DNA from: Acidimicrobiales bacterium
GTDB lineage: Bacteria; Actinomycetota; Acidimicrobiia; Acidimicrobiales; Bog-793
Reading direction: 5' to 3'
DNA: 64,000 nt
Assembly: GCA_050010115.1 (NCBI GenBank)
Contig: JBEKLQ010000001.1
Location: 5,091-69,090, forward strand
Both the position numbers and the translations under genes were made by a program. The notes beneath the pieces were generated by a model. The model was given only the letters and a program-made list of their open reading frames with translations. It did no database searches and was not told where the DNA came from. Positions 19,125 to 29,322 of the stretch are shown here, in pieces (positions within the stretch are counted from its first letter, which is position 1; the number at the start of each line of letters is the position of its first letter).

Positions 19125-19694
19125 ATGGGACTCGAGAACGTCCCGCACAACTTCCTCACCGGCCGCATCGAGGACCTCGTCCAGTGGGCGAGGAAATCGA
19201 GCGTCTGGCCGGCGACGTTCGGCCTGGCTTGCTGCGCCATCGAGATGATGTCGGCAGGCGCAGCGGACTTCGATCTCGCGCGTTTCGGCATGGAGGTGTT
19301 CCGGGCCTCGCCCCGCCAGGCTGACCTGATGGTCGTTGCCGGCCGCGTCTCGCAGAAGATGGCACCTGTCCTCCGCCAGGTCTACGACCAGATGGTCGAG
19401 CCGAAGTGGGTCATCTCCATGGGGGTGTGCGCGTCGTCGGGTGGCATGTTCAACAACTACGCCATCGTGCAGGGCGTCGACCAGATCGTGCCGGTCGACG
19501 TCTACGCGCCGGGCTGCCCGCCCGGGCCGGAGACGCTCATTCACGCGATCCTCACGCTGCACGAGAAGATCCGTACGGGCGACCTCATGCGCCGGCCGTC
19601 CGAGGGGATCGGCGAAGGCATCCGGGTGAGCGAGCCGGTGCCCGGCTGGGTCCAGCCTGGCGAGTCGCCTGTCCACCTGGGGACCCCGCGTTGA
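19125..19694 (+). CDS. nuoB: NADH-quinone oxidoreductase subunit B
   Basis: [20 protein letters not shown]...[23 protein letters not shown]...[21 protein letters not shown]; RBS gaggaggcg before ATG 19125. Confidence 0.95.
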   Translation: MGLENVPHNFLTGRIEDLVQWARKSSVWPATFGLACCAIEMMSAGAADFDLARFGMEVFRASPRQADLMVVAGRVSQKMAPVLRQVYDQMVEPKWVISMGVCASSGGMFNNYAIVQGVDQIVPVDVYAPGCPPGPETLIHAILTLHEKIRTGDLMRRPSEGIGEGIRVSEPVPGWVQPGESPVHLGTPR

Positions 19695-20194
19695 CCGACC
19701 TTTCCGATCTCGCCACGCTGCCCTCAGTAGCGGGTCAGCCGCTGACGACAGCCCGCGGCATCGTCGTCATTCACCCGAGCCGCGACGCCTACCTCGGCGT
19801 CGCCGGCGACCTTCATGACGTCGGGTTCGACCTGTGTTCCGATCTGTGTGCCGTCGACTACTTGCGGCACCCCGGCCGGGATCTGCCGCCGGGTGTCGAA
19901 GGCGAGCGTTTCGAGGTCGTCGTGAACCTCACGTCCCTCGCTCGCCGGCAGCGGGTGCGGATCCGCATCCAGGTGCCCGAGAGCGATCCCAGCCTGCCGA
20001 GCCTCGTCGGCCTGTACCCCGGGACCGAGGCCATGGAGCGGGAGGCCTACGACATGTTCGGCATCGTCTTCCGGGGTCACCCTGATCTCACCCGGATCCT
20101 GATGCCCGACGACTGGGAAGGGCACCCGCTGCGCAAGGACTACTCCGTCGGCCGAGTGCCGGTGCAATTCAAGGAAGCTCCGGGCCCGCGATGA
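19691..20194 (+). CDS. nuoC: NADH-quinone oxidoreductase subunit C
   Basis: Same frame as ORF 19406..20194; [41 protein letters not shown]...[36 protein letters not shown]; TTG start overlapping nuoB stop. Confidence 0.88.
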   Translation: MTDLSDLATLPSVAGQPLTTARGIVVIHPSRDAYLGVAGDLHDVGFDLCSDLCAVDYLRHPGRDLPPGVEGERFEVVVNLTSLARRQRVRIRIQVPESDPSLPSLVGLYPGTEAMEREAYDMFGIVFRGHPDLTRILMPDDWEGHPLRKDYSVGRVPVQFKEAPGPR

Positions 20195-21468
20195 CTGATC
20201 AAGAGAACGCCCGCCCGACCATCGCCGATCACGACACGGGCATCCTCCGGCTCCCTGAAGACGTCGTGCTGGACCCTGGAGGCCTCGGCGACGATTTCGG
20301 TGAGGACGAGCCCATGATCATCAACATGGGGCCGCAGCACCCGTCGACCCACGGTGTGCTCCGGATCGTCCTGGAGCTCGAAGGCGAGACCGTCCTTCGC
20401 TCCAAGCCCGTCATCGGCTACCTGCACACCGGGATGGAGAAGACCGGCGAGGAGCTCACCTACGTGCAAGGGGCGACGAACGTCACCCGGATGGACTACC
20501 TCGCGCCGCTCCACAACGAGCTCGTGTACTCGCTCGCGGTCGAAGAGCTCCTCGATATCGAGATTCCTCCACGGGCCACATGGATCCGGATGCTCATGTG
20601 CGAGCTGAACCGCATCTCGTCTCATGTCATGTGGACTGCCACGAACGGCATGGACCTCGCATCCACCTCGATGATGATCTACGGGTTCCGCGAGCGGGAG
20701 ATGATCCTGTCGTTCTTCGAGAAGACGACCGGCTTGCGGATGAACCACAACTACATCCGCCCTGGCGGCGTCGCCGCCGACTTGCCGGACGGATGGGAGG
20801 ACGACGTCGCCGCCATCATCGACACGATCCCGGGCCGGCTGGACGAATACGACGACCTCCTGACGGGCCAGCCGATCTTCCGCGAGCGCTGCGAGGGCGT
20901 CGGCATCATCAGCCCTGAGCTGGCGATCGCGCTGGGAGCGACCGGCCCCATCCTGCGGGCGAGCGGTGTCGAGTGGGACCTGCGCCAGTCGATGCCCTAC
21001 CTGTTCTACGACCAGGTCGACTTCGACGTCATCGTGGGCACGGTCGGCGACACCTTCGATCGCTATGCCGTGCGCCTGAACGAGATCCGGGAGTCGTGCC
21101 GCATCGTCGCCCAGATCCTCGAGAAGCTCCCTCGCGGCGACTACCGCTCGCAGGACAAGAAGGTGACCCCGCCGCCGCGCGCTCGCATCGACGAGTCGAT
21201 GGAGGCGTTGATCCACCACTTCAAGATCTTCACCAGGGGTTTCGAGGTGCCGGCGGGCGAGGTGTACACCGCCATCGAGTCACCGCGAGGCGAGCTGGGC
21301 TGCTACCTCGTGTCGGACGGGACGAACAAGCCCTACCGGTTGCACGTGAGGGCGCCGAGTTTCGTGAACCTCCAGTCCCTTCCCGCTCTGCTTCGCGGCG
21401 GGCTCATCGCGGACGCCATCGCAATCATCTCCTCGGTCGACCCGGTGATGGGGGAGGTGGATCGCTGA
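20191..21468 (+). CDS. nuoD: NADH-quinone oxidoreductase subunit D
   Basis: MIINMGPQHPSTHGVLRIVLELEGE...GYLHTGMEKTGE...VDFDVIVGTVGDTFDRYAVRLNEIRES. Confidence 0.95.
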   Translation: MTDQENARPTIADHDTGILRLPEDVVLDPGGLGDDFGEDEPMIINMGPQHPSTHGVLRIVLELEGETVLRSKPVIGYLHTGMEKTGEELTYVQGATNVTRMDYLAPLHNELVYSLAVEELLDIEIPPRATWIRMLMCELNRISSHVMWTATNGMDLASTSMMIYGFREREMILSFFEKTTGLRMNHNYIRPGGVAADLPDGWEDDVAAIIDTIPGRLDEYDDLLTGQPIFRERCEGVGIISPELAIALGATGPILRASGVEWDLRQSMPYLFYDQVDFDVIVGTVGDTFDRYAVRLNEIRESCRIVAQILEKLPRGDYRSQDKKVTPPPRARIDESMEALIHHFKIFTRGFEVPAGEVYTAIESPRGELGCYLVSDGTNKPYRLHVRAPSFVNLQSLPALLRGGLIADAIAIISSVDPVMGEVDR

Positions 21469-22178
21469 TGGCGGAGCAGGGTCTCAGCGCGGAGAACCTC
21501 GCAAAAGCCGAATCGATCATCGCTTGCTACCCCGAGCGGCGGTCTGCCCTCATCCCCTTGTGTCACCTTGCACAGGCTCAGCACGGCTACCTCACGAATG
21601 AGTCGATGGAGGACATCGCCGAGCTGGTCGGCTGCTCGCCGGCCGAGGTCCGGGGCACGGCGAGCTTCTACGACATGCTGCACACCGAACCGGTCGGCCG
21701 GTACGTGTTCGCCGTCTGCACCAACATCGCCTGCATGCTGGCGGGCGCCTACGAAGTGCTCTCGCACGCCGAGCAGCATCTCGGCATCCGGGTGGGCCAG
21801 ACGACCCACGACGGCTTGTTCACCCTCGAGGAGGCCGAGTGCCTCGCCGGGTGTGACAAGGCGGTGTGCGTACAGGTGAACCATCGTTTCTTCGGCCCGA
21901 TCGACTCCGAAGCCTTCGACCAGCTCGCCCACGATCTCGCCGATGGTGGGCTCGCCGGCACCGTTCCGCCCCACGGCGTGCTGAGCCGCGTCAACCGGAG
22001 CGTCGGCATGCCGGCAAAGGCGCACGCCGCCAAGGCCGGCGGTGGCGCCGGCGGTGCCGCGAACGGCGGTGCTGCGAATTCTGCCACTGCCCTGGAAGAG
22101 GCAGCCGATGCCGCCGCGACACAGGCTGCCGGCGGCGCCACCGCCGGCCAGGGCTCTGCAATCGGGAGCGGCTCGTGA
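21468..22178 (+). CDS. nuoE: NADH-quinone oxidoreductase subunit E with low-complexity C-terminal tail
   Basis: ATG 21468 in frame with ORF 20973..22178; SMEDIAELVGCSPAEVRGTASFYDMLHTEPVGRYVFAVCTNIACML...VECLAGCDKAVCVQVNHRFFGPI. Confidence 0.92.
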   Translation: MAEQGLSAENLAKAESIIACYPERRSALIPLCHLAQAQHGYLTNESMEDIAELVGCSPAEVRGTASFYDMLHTEPVGRYVFAVCTNIACMLAGAYEVLSHAEQHLGIRVGQTTHDGLFTLEEAECLAGCDKAVCVQVNHRFFGPIDSEAFDQLAHDLADGGLAGTVPPHGVLSRVNRSVGMPAKAHAAKAGGGAGGAANGGAANSATALEEAADAAATQAAGGATAGQGSAIGSGS

Positions 22179-23497
22179 TCACGGATCACCCCCGCATCGT
22201 CACGGCCCGCATGGGCCACGAGGACTCGTACACGCTCGCCCGCTACCTCGCCACCGGTGGTTACGAGGGCCTTCGCAAGGCGCTCGGGATGACGCCCGAG
22301 CAGGTGCACGACGAGGTCAACGCCGCCAGCCTCCTCGGGCGCGGAGGTGCCGGCTTCCCGGCCGGCCGGAAGTGGTCGATGATGCGGGAAGCACCGACGA
22401 CCTATCTCGTCGTCAACGGTGACGAGAGCGAGCCGGCCACGTTCAAGGACCACCTCCTCATCGAACGGGTCCCCCACCAGATCATCGAGGGAACGATCAT
22501 CGCCGCCTACGCCACCGGCGCGGCGGCGGCGTTCATCTTCTGCCGCGGTGAATTCGCGCTCGGGTTGGAGCGCCTCACGCAGGCGTGCAACGACGCATAC
22601 CAGCACGGGGCGCTCGGTGGGGAGATATTCGGGTCGGGTTACTCGCTGGATCTCGTCATCCACCCGGGTGCGGGCGCCTACATCTGCGGCGAGGAGACGG
22701 CGTTGCTCGAGAGCCTCGAGGGCAAGCGCGGTTTCCCTCGGATCAAGCCCCCGTACTTCCCGGCGGCGATCGGCCTGTACGGGCAGCCGACGGCCGTGAA
22801 CAACGTCGAAACGATAGCGAACCTGCCGTGGATCGTGCTGAACACCGGTGCCGCCTTCTCAGCACTCGGGGAGGGATCGTCGGCCGGCACGCGCCTCTTC
22901 GCCCTGTCCGGCCACGTGGAACGACCCGGCTGGTACGAGGTCGAGATGTCGAAGACGACGTTCCGCGACCTCATCTACGACAAGTCGCTCGGCGCCGGCG
23001 TGCGGGGCGGCCGGGAGCTCAAAGCCTTCATTCCCGGCGGCGTATCGGCTCCGTGGTTCTTTCCGGAGCACCTCGACATGGGCCTCGACCAGGACGCTGT
23101 CGGGAAGGCGGGCTCGATGCTCGGCTCCGGCTCCGTCGTGGTGATGGACGAGACGGCGTGCCCGGTGCGGGCGGCTTGGCGGATCACTCGTTTCTTCCAA
23201 CGGGAGTCCTGTGGCGAGTGCACTCCGTGCCGTGAGGGCAGCGGGTGGGTCGAGAAGATCCTGAGGAGGATCGAGGACGGTTTCGGGCGCGAGGAGGACC
23301 TCGAGTTGTTGCTCGACGCCTGCGACAACATCGCCCCGGGGTTGAGCTGGCCGCCCAAGCAGACCACGATCTGCGTCCTCGGCTCGTCGATCCCGTCGTC
23401 CATCGTGTCCGGGATCACCCGTTTCCGTGACGAGTTCCTCCTGCACGTGAAAGAAGGCGGCTGCCCTTTTTCCGCGGACGAGGTGCGGCATGCCTGA
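22175..23497 (+). CDS. nuoF: NADH-quinone oxidoreductase subunit F
   Basis: SLLGRGGAGFPAGRKWSMM...YLVVNGDESEPATFKDHLL...GAGAYICGEETALLESLEG...CPVRAAWRITRFFQRESCGECTPCREG; GTG start overlapping nuoE stop. Confidence 0.95.
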   Translation: MITDHPRIVTARMGHEDSYTLARYLATGGYEGLRKALGMTPEQVHDEVNAASLLGRGGAGFPAGRKWSMMREAPTTYLVVNGDESEPATFKDHLLIERVPHQIIEGTIIAAYATGAAAAFIFCRGEFALGLERLTQACNDAYQHGALGGEIFGSGYSLDLVIHPGAGAYICGEETALLESLEGKRGFPRIKPPYFPAAIGLYGQPTAVNNVETIANLPWIVLNTGAAFSALGEGSSAGTRLFALSGHVERPGWYEVEMSKTTFRDLIYDKSLGAGVRGGRELKAFIPGGVSAPWFFPEHLDMGLDQDAVGKAGSMLGSGSVVVMDETACPVRAAWRITRFFQRESCGECTPCREGSGWVEKILRRIEDGFGREEDLELLLDACDNIAPGLSWPPKQTTICVLGSSIPSSIVSGITRFRDEFLLHVKEGGCPFSADEVRHA

Positions 23498-26348
23498 GAT
23501 CGTCGTCGACGGCCGTGCCGTCGAAGCCTTCGATGGTGAGCTCATCATCGAGGCTGCCGAGCGTGCCGGGGTCTTCATCCCTCGCTTCTGCTACCACCCG
23601 AGGATGAAGCCGGTCGGCATGTGCCGCATGTGCCTTGTCGAGGTGTCCGGGCCACGTGGCGCCACGTTGCAGCCGGCTTGTTATGTGTCGGTCTCCGATG
23701 GCCAGGAGATCTCGACGGAATCCCCGGCGGCCCGCAAGGCCCAGGAGGGAGTTCTCGAGTTTCTCCTCGTCAACCACCCGCTCGATTGCCCGGTCTGCGA
23801 CAAGGGCGGCGAATGCCCGCTGCAGGATCAGGCGGTCTCCCACGGGCCCGGTGAGACTCGCTTCAACGAGGAGAAGCGTCACTGGGCCAAGCCCATCTCC
23901 CTCGGCCCCCTCACCTTGCTCGACCGGGAGCGCTGCATCCAGTGTGCCCGCTGCACCCGGTTTGCCGAGGAGATCGCCGGCGAGCCGCTCATCGACTTCT
24001 TCGGGCGCGGTGACAAGATCGAAGTGGCCGTCTTCCCCGACCGCCCGTTCACGTCGTACTTCAGTGGCAACACGGTGCAGATCTGTCCGGTGGGCGCGCT
24101 CACCTCAGTGCCGTACCGTTTCAAGTCCCGGCCGTGGGACCTCGAGCAGGTGGAGTCGACGTGCACGTACTGCGCCGTCGGCTGCCGTGTAGCCGTGCAG
24201 TCATCTGCCGGCTCGCTGGTGCGCTATCTCGGCATCGACTCCGAGCCCGTGAACCAGAGCTGGCTGTGCGACCGCGGCCGCTATGGCTTCGAGGCGAGCT
24301 CCAGCTCCGACCGGCTGACGAGTCCGCTCGTCCGGCGCGACGGCGAGCTCACCCGCGTCGGCTGGAACGAGGCGCTGCAGGAGGTCGCGAGCGGCATCCG
24401 CAAGGCGTCCGAGGCCGCGGGCTCGGGCTCATCGGTCGGCATCATCGGCGGTGCGCGGTTGGCGAACGAGGATGCATACGCCTGGTCGAAGCTCGCCCGG
24501 ACGGTCATCGGCACGGACAACGTCGACGCCCAGCTGGCCGATGGGCTTCCGGCCGAGCTGGTGCTCGGCTTGCCGCGGGCGACGATCGCCGATACCTGCT
24601 CGGCCAAGGCCGTCGTCGTGCTCGCCGGCGACCTCCGGGAGGAGCTACCTGTACTGCACCTGCGGCTCCGTACCGCCGCGGCCCACTCCGGCGTCCCGAT
24701 CATCGACTGCTCCCCGGTGCCGACGTCGCTGGCGGCGATCGCCTCGTCATCGCTCACCTATCGCCCTGGCGAGAGCGTGGCACTCGCCAGGGCGCTCGCT
24801 TCGTTCCAAGGCGCGGCGGAGATGCCTGGCGCTGCGGCGGAAGTGCCTGGCGCTGCGGCGGAGGTGCGTGGCGCTGCGGCGGAGGTGCCTGGCGCTGCGG
24901 CGGAGGTGCGTGGCGCTGCGGTGGAAGTGCCTGGCATCGCGGCCGAGCGCTGGGCACGTGTCAGCGAGGTGCTGGGAGCCGCGCTGTCGAATGCGCCCGA
25001 CGGGAGCGGGATCGTCGTCGTCCTCGGCCGCCCGTCCCTCACTGAGTCGCCCGATCAGTTGGCGGTTGCGGCGGGGGTATTGGCTGAGGCGTGGCCAGGG
25101 GCTCGTTTCTTGCCGGCGCTGCGGCGGGCGAATGTACTCGGCGCCCTCGACATGGGGCTCGCTCCCGGCGTCCTGCCGGGCCGCGTGTCACTCGCGGACG
25201 GAGCCGAATGGTTTGCCGAGCGGTGGGGATCGCTACCCGAGGACCGTGGGCTCGACACGACAGAGATGCTCGAAGCGGCAGCCAGCGGCGAGCTCACGGC
25301 GCTCGTTCTCGTCGGCGCCGATCCGCTTGCCGACTTCCCTGACCGTGATCTCGCGACACGGGCCCTCGAAGCGATCCCGTTCCTGGTGGCGGTCGACATC
25401 TTCGGCAACGCATCCGTGCAGCTCGCCGATGTCGTGCTCCCTGCGGCCGCGTCCGTGGAGCGAGGCGGCTCGACGACCAATATCGAGGGTCGGGTGACGC
25501 GCCTCGCGCAGAAGGTCGTGCCTCCCGGCGTGGCCCGGGCGGACTGGATGATCGCCGCCGGGATCGCCGAGACGATGGGAGCCGACCTGGGACTGGAGAG
25601 TCTCGAAGGCATCTGGCGCGAGATCGAGCAGGTCGCCCCGTCTCACCATGGCTGCACCCTGTCCGCGCTGCACGGGCACGATGGAGCTGACGGGATCGTG
25701 GTCCCGGTCGCTTCCGCTCCGGTCGGGATCGGCGCCGGCGGGCGCGATGCAGCTCACGGTGGCGTTCGCTCGATCGACCCGATCGCCACCCCGGGCATCG
25801 CATCGGTCTACGAGCAGGGTGCGCCGCTCGACGTCGGCGCAGCCACGGACGCCGGCGGCGGCGCAGCCACTGACGCCCGCGGCGCAGCCACTGACGCCGG
25901 CGGCGCACCCACGGACACCGGGCCTGAGGCTGGTCCCACCGAGCGGCCAGTCTCGAGGCCTGCACTGATGACCGTGAGGCCGGGGCAGTTCACCGCGCCG
26001 GTGTCACCGCAACCGGACGGTTACGCGTTCCGGCTCGTCACGAGGCGGGCGCTGTACGACCACGGCACGCTCGTGCAGGCGGCGCCGTCACTGGCGCCGC
26101 TGGCGCCGACCCAGGCGCTGCGGCTCCGGTCGAAGGAGATCGAGCAGCTCGGCGTCCGCGAAGGTGACGAGGTCCGGGTCCGAAGCGCGGCGGCAGAGTT
26201 GATCGTGCCAGTCGTTGTCGACGACACGCTGCCGGCAGGAGTCACCGTGCTTCCCGTCGGTCTCGTGCCGGTGGACGAGCCGAGCGCTACCGTCCTGATC
26301 GACTCGTCGTCGGTAGTGTCCGAGGTGCGCGTGGAGACGCTGGGCTGA
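23490..26348 (+). CDS. nuoG: NADH-quinone oxidoreductase subunit G, 952 aa with two repeat-derived inserts
   Basis: GVFIPRFCYHPRMKPVGMCRMCLVEVSG...CPVCDKGGECPLQDQAV...CIQCARCTRFAEEI; STCTYCAVGCRVAVQ; long molybdopterin-oxidoreductase-type C-terminus. Confidence 0.95.
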   Translation: MPEIVVDGRAVEAFDGELIIEAAERAGVFIPRFCYHPRMKPVGMCRMCLVEVSGPRGATLQPACYVSVSDGQEISTESPAARKAQEGVLEFLLVNHPLDCPVCDKGGECPLQDQAVSHGPGETRFNEEKRHWAKPISLGPLTLLDRERCIQCARCTRFAEEIAGEPLIDFFGRGDKIEVAVFPDRPFTSYFSGNTVQICPVGALTSVPYRFKSRPWDLEQVESTCTYCAVGCRVAVQSSAGSLVRYLGIDSEPVNQSWLCDRGRYGFEASSSSDRLTSPLVRRDGELTRVGWNEALQEVASGIRKASEAAGSGSSVGIIGGARLANEDAYAWSKLARTVIGTDNVDAQLADGLPAELVLGLPRATIADTCSAKAVVVLAGDLREELPVLHLRLRTAAAHSGVPIIDCSPVPTSLAAIASSSLTYRPGESVALARALASFQGAAEMPGAAAEVPGAAAEVRGAAAEVPGAAAEVRGAAVEVPGIAAERWARVSEVLGAALSNAPDGSGIVVVLGRPSLTESPDQLAVAAGVLAEAWPGARFLPALRRANVLGALDMGLAPGVLPGRVSLADGAEWFAERWGSLPEDRGLDTTEMLEAAASGELTALVLVGADPLADFPDRDLATRALEAIPFLVAVDIFGNASVQLADVVLPAAASVERGGSTTNIEGRVTRLAQKVVPPGVARADWMIAAGIAETMGADLGLESLEGIWREIEQVAPSHHGCTLSALHGHDGADGIVVPVASAPVGIGAGGRDAAHGGVRSIDPIATPGIASVYEQGAPLDVGAATDAGGGAATDARGAATDAGGAPTDTGPEAGPTERPVSRPALMTVRPGQFTAPVSPQPDGYAFRLVTRRALYDHGTLVQAAPSLAPLAPTQALRLRSKEIEQLGVREGDEVRVRSAAAELIVPVVVDDTLPAGVTVLPVGLVPVDEPSATVLIDSSSVVSEVRVETLG

Positions 26349-27574
26349 TGGGCGACCAACTGTTCATTCACGGCGTCGACTTCGGCGCGCTGGTCATCGC
26401 CCTGGTGAAGGCCGTGGTCACCTTTGCCGTCTTGATGGTCTCCGTGATGCTGATGATCTGGTTCGAGCGCAAGGTCATCTCGGACATGCAGAATCGCATC
26501 GGGCCGAACCGAGCCGGGCCGTTCGGCATCCTGCAGACGCTCGCCGACGGAATCAAGCTGTTCTTCAAGGAAGACCTGATGCCTCTCGAGGCGGATCGGG
26601 TCGTGTTCAAGCTCGCTCCGTACCTCGCCTTGCTGCCGGCATTGCTGGTGTTCGCGATCGTGCCGGTCGGCGGCGTCGTCACGATCGCCCATCACATCGT
26701 CGAGCTGCAGTTGGCCGATCCGCCGATGGGAGTTCTCTTCCTACTCGCGATGTCGTCCGTGGCCGTCTACGGGACAATGCTCGCCGGCTGGTCGTCGGGC
26801 TCGAAGTACCCGTTGCTCGGCTCAGTCCGGGCCAGTGCCCAGATGATCTCCTACGAGGTCGCGATGGGGTTGTCGGTCGTCGCCGTCATCCTCGAGAGCC
26901 ACTCGCTGTCGACCCGGACGATCGTTGCCACCCAGGCGTCGAGCGTCCTGCACTGGAACGTGTTCCGCACTGGCATCGTCCCGTTCGTGGTGTTCGCGAT
27001 CGCCATCACCGCCGAGCTCAACCGCCCACCGTTCGACCTGACCGAGGGCGAGCAGGAGCTGGTCGGCGGGTTCCACACCGAGTACAGCTCGCTCCGGTTC
27101 GCACTGTTCTTCATGGCCGAGTTCATGAACGTCATCACGATGTCGGCGATCATGGTGACGCTGTTCTTCGGGGGGCCCGACGGTCCCGGCTTCCACACTC
27201 TGCCGTGGCTCTGGCCGATCCTTTGGTTCGCCGGCAAGACGCTGGTCTTCCTCTACATCTATGTCTGGGTCCGGGCGGCCCTGCCGCGGATGCGCTACGA
27301 CCAGCTGATGGATCTGGGTTGGAAGTTCCTGATCCCGGGATCGCTCGCCTGGCTGCTCGTCATCGACGGCGTCGGCGTCAGCAGGTGGTGGGCGGCGGGT
27401 GTGTTCGCCGGCTGCCTCCTCGCGTGGGTGATCCTGCACCAGTGCCTCATGGTGAGCCGCCAACGGCGCGACCTCGAGGCTGATGCCGCAGCACGCGGAC
27501 GCGAGGGCCAGGGGGCTGACCAGGGCCAGCTGCGATCGGTGCCGAGCGAGAGCAATCTGGGAGGCGCGGGCTGA
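26348..27574 (+). CDS. nuoH: NADH-quinone oxidoreductase subunit H
   Basis: IWFERKVISDMQNRIGPNRAGPFGILQTLADGIKLFFKED...ELNRPPFDLTEGEQELVGGFHTEYSS. Confidence 0.96.
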   Translation: MGDQLFIHGVDFGALVIALVKAVVTFAVLMVSVMLMIWFERKVISDMQNRIGPNRAGPFGILQTLADGIKLFFKEDLMPLEADRVVFKLAPYLALLPALLVFAIVPVGGVVTIAHHIVELQLADPPMGVLFLLAMSSVAVYGTMLAGWSSGSKYPLLGSVRASAQMISYEVAMGLSVVAVILESHSLSTRTIVATQASSVLHWNVFRTGIVPFVVFAIAITAELNRPPFDLTEGEQELVGGFHTEYSSLRFALFFMAEFMNVITMSAIMVTLFFGGPDGPGFHTLPWLWPILWFAGKTLVFLYIYVWVRAALPRMRYDQLMDLGWKFLIPGSLAWLLVIDGVGVSRWWAAGVFAGCLLAWVILHQCLMVSRQRRDLEADAAARGREGQGADQGQLRSVPSESNLGGAG

Positions 27575-28254
27575 TGTTGCCGCCACTGTTCAGGGGTTTC
27601 AAAGTCACGATGCGTCAGGTGATGGAGCCGCGCGTCACGACCGAGTACCCCAAGGTCAAGCAGCCAAAACCACCCCGTCTCCACGGCCGTCACGTCCTCA
27701 ACCGGTACGAGGACGGCATGGAGAAGTGCATCGGCTGCGAGCTGTGTGCAGCGGTCTGCCCGGCTGACTGCATCTACGTGCGCGGGGCCGACAACGACCC
27801 TGAGAAGCCGGTGTCGCCAGGGGAGCGGTTTGGCTTCGTCTACGAGATCAACTACCTCCGTTGCATCCACTGCGACCTGTGTGTCGAGGCCTGCCCAACC
27901 CAGGCGATCACCGAGACCAAGATGTTCGAGTTCTCCTTCACCAACCGTGCCGACGCCATCTACACGAAGTCCGAGCTCGTGGTCGGCGACGACGGCAAGC
28001 CCCAGCAGCTCCCGTGGGAGGACTGGCGGGAGGGCGACGACCAGCACACCTCCGCTTGGATGCGGGCAACATCGCCGTCCGGTTCGGCGGACTACGAGGG
28101 CGAAGTGCAGTGGTCGGGTGAGCTCGGCTACGGCGTGCGCTTTCCCGAAGGTGGCCAGAGCGACAAGCGTGACGACGCCGCCACGGGCAACATGTCGGTC
28201 CGGGTCACCGAGCGCGACAAGATCTCCCGCCGCCTCGGCGGTAAGGCGCGCTGA
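27574..28254 (+). CDS. nuoI: NADH-quinone oxidoreductase subunit I
   Basis: Two 4Fe-4S motifs: CIGCELCAAVCPADCIYV and CIHCDLCVEACPTQAIT. Confidence 0.95.
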   Translation: MLPPLFRGFKVTMRQVMEPRVTTEYPKVKQPKPPRLHGRHVLNRYEDGMEKCIGCELCAAVCPADCIYVRGADNDPEKPVSPGERFGFVYEINYLRCIHCDLCVEACPTQAITETKMFEFSFTNRADAIYTKSELVVGDDGKPQQLPWEDWREGDDQHTSAWMRATSPSGSADYEGEVQWSGELGYGVRFPEGGQSDKRDDAATGNMSVRVTERDKISRRLGGKAR

Positions 28255-28259
28255 CGAGC

Positions 28260-29012
28260 GTGCACGGGCTCCTTCTCGCCGCCACCGTCCCGGACGCGAT
28301 CACCTTCGCCGTTGCGGCCGTGATCAGCGTCGTCGGCGCGCTTGGCGTGGTCCTCTCGCGTCACCCGGTCCACTCGGCGCTGATGCTCGTCATGACGATG
28401 TTCGGTGTCGCCGTGCTGTTCGTCGAAGAGAACGCTCAGTTTCTCGCGGCGGCGCAGGTGATCGTGTACGCCGGCGCCATCGTGGTGCTGTTCCTCTTCG
28501 TGATCATGCTGCTCGGGATCGACAGGACAGAATCGATCGCCGCCGAGCCGCTGAAAGGCCAGCGCCCCGTCGCGGTGCTGCTGGGGCTGCTCGTTCTCGC
28601 CGAGGTGATCCTGCTCGCCCGCGGCCGGTGGCCGACCGGGGCTCACTCGACGGCCGGCAACTTGAACCCGCCCGGCACCCCGAACGTCAACGTGCTCGGC
28701 AAGTCGATCTTCACGACGTTCCTGCTCCCCTTCGAAGTGACGTCGGCCCTGTTGGTCATCGCCGTGATCGGTGCTGTAGTCCTAGCCCGCCGCCCGCACC
28801 CGCTCAGCACCGACCCCGGCGTGGCGTCCGGGCTCGACTCGGGCCCAGACGACGCCCCTGACTTCACGGGTCGAGACGTGTTCGCCGATGCCTCGTTGGG
28901 AGATCCAGCCAGCGAAGACGAGCCCCGTCCGCTGGTCGTGGGTGTCCCCGAGGCGGGGGTTTCGCCGCTGAGTGGGAGCACCCACGACCAGCAACAGGAG
29001 GGAGAAGAATGA
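28260..29012 (+). CDS. nuoJ: NADH-quinone oxidoreductase subunit J
   Basis: [66 protein letters not shown]. Confidence 0.93.
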   Translation: MHGLLLAATVPDAITFAVAAVISVVGALGVVLSRHPVHSALMLVMTMFGVAVLFVEENAQFLAAAQVIVYAGAIVVLFLFVIMLLGIDRTESIAAEPLKGQRPVAVLLGLLVLAEVILLARGRWPTGAHSTAGNLNPPGTPNVNVLGKSIFTTFLLPFEVTSALLVIAVIGAVVLARRPHPLSTDPGVASGLDSGPDDAPDFTGRDVFADASLGDPASEDEPRPLVVGVPEAGVSPLSGSTHDQQQEGEE

Positions 29013-29314
29013 GCATCAACGCCAGCTGGTACCTCACCCTCGCCGCCATCTTGTTCTCGATCGGTGCCGTCGGCCTCCTCGTGCGCCGCAACGTGCTGGT
29101 CATGTTCATGTGCGTCGAGCTGATGCTGAACGCCGCCAACCTCACATTCGTGACGTTCGCCCGTGAGCTGAACGACATCGGAGGCCAGGCGGCGGTGTTC
29201 TTCGTGCTCGTGGTGGCGGCCGCTGAGGTGGTCGTCGGGCTCGGCATCATCGTAGCGATCTTCCGGAGGCGCGTCGGAGCCACCGCTGACGACATCCACG
29301 TGCTGAAGGGCTGA
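29009..29314 (+). CDS. nuoK: NADH-quinone oxidoreductase subunit K
   Basis: 101 aa; [31 protein letters not shown]...[25 protein letters not shown]. Confidence 0.95.
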   Translation: MSINASWYLTLAAILFSIGAVGLLVRRNVLVMFMCVELMLNAANLTFVTFARELNDIGGQAAVFFVLVVAAAEVVVGLGIIVAIFRRRVGATADDIHVLKG

Positions 29315-29322
29315 CTGTCGCC

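Noticed and set aside
20973-21467. N-terminal part of the ORF containing nuoE
   Set aside because: It overlaps nuoD in another frame; NuoE homology begins at ATG 21468.
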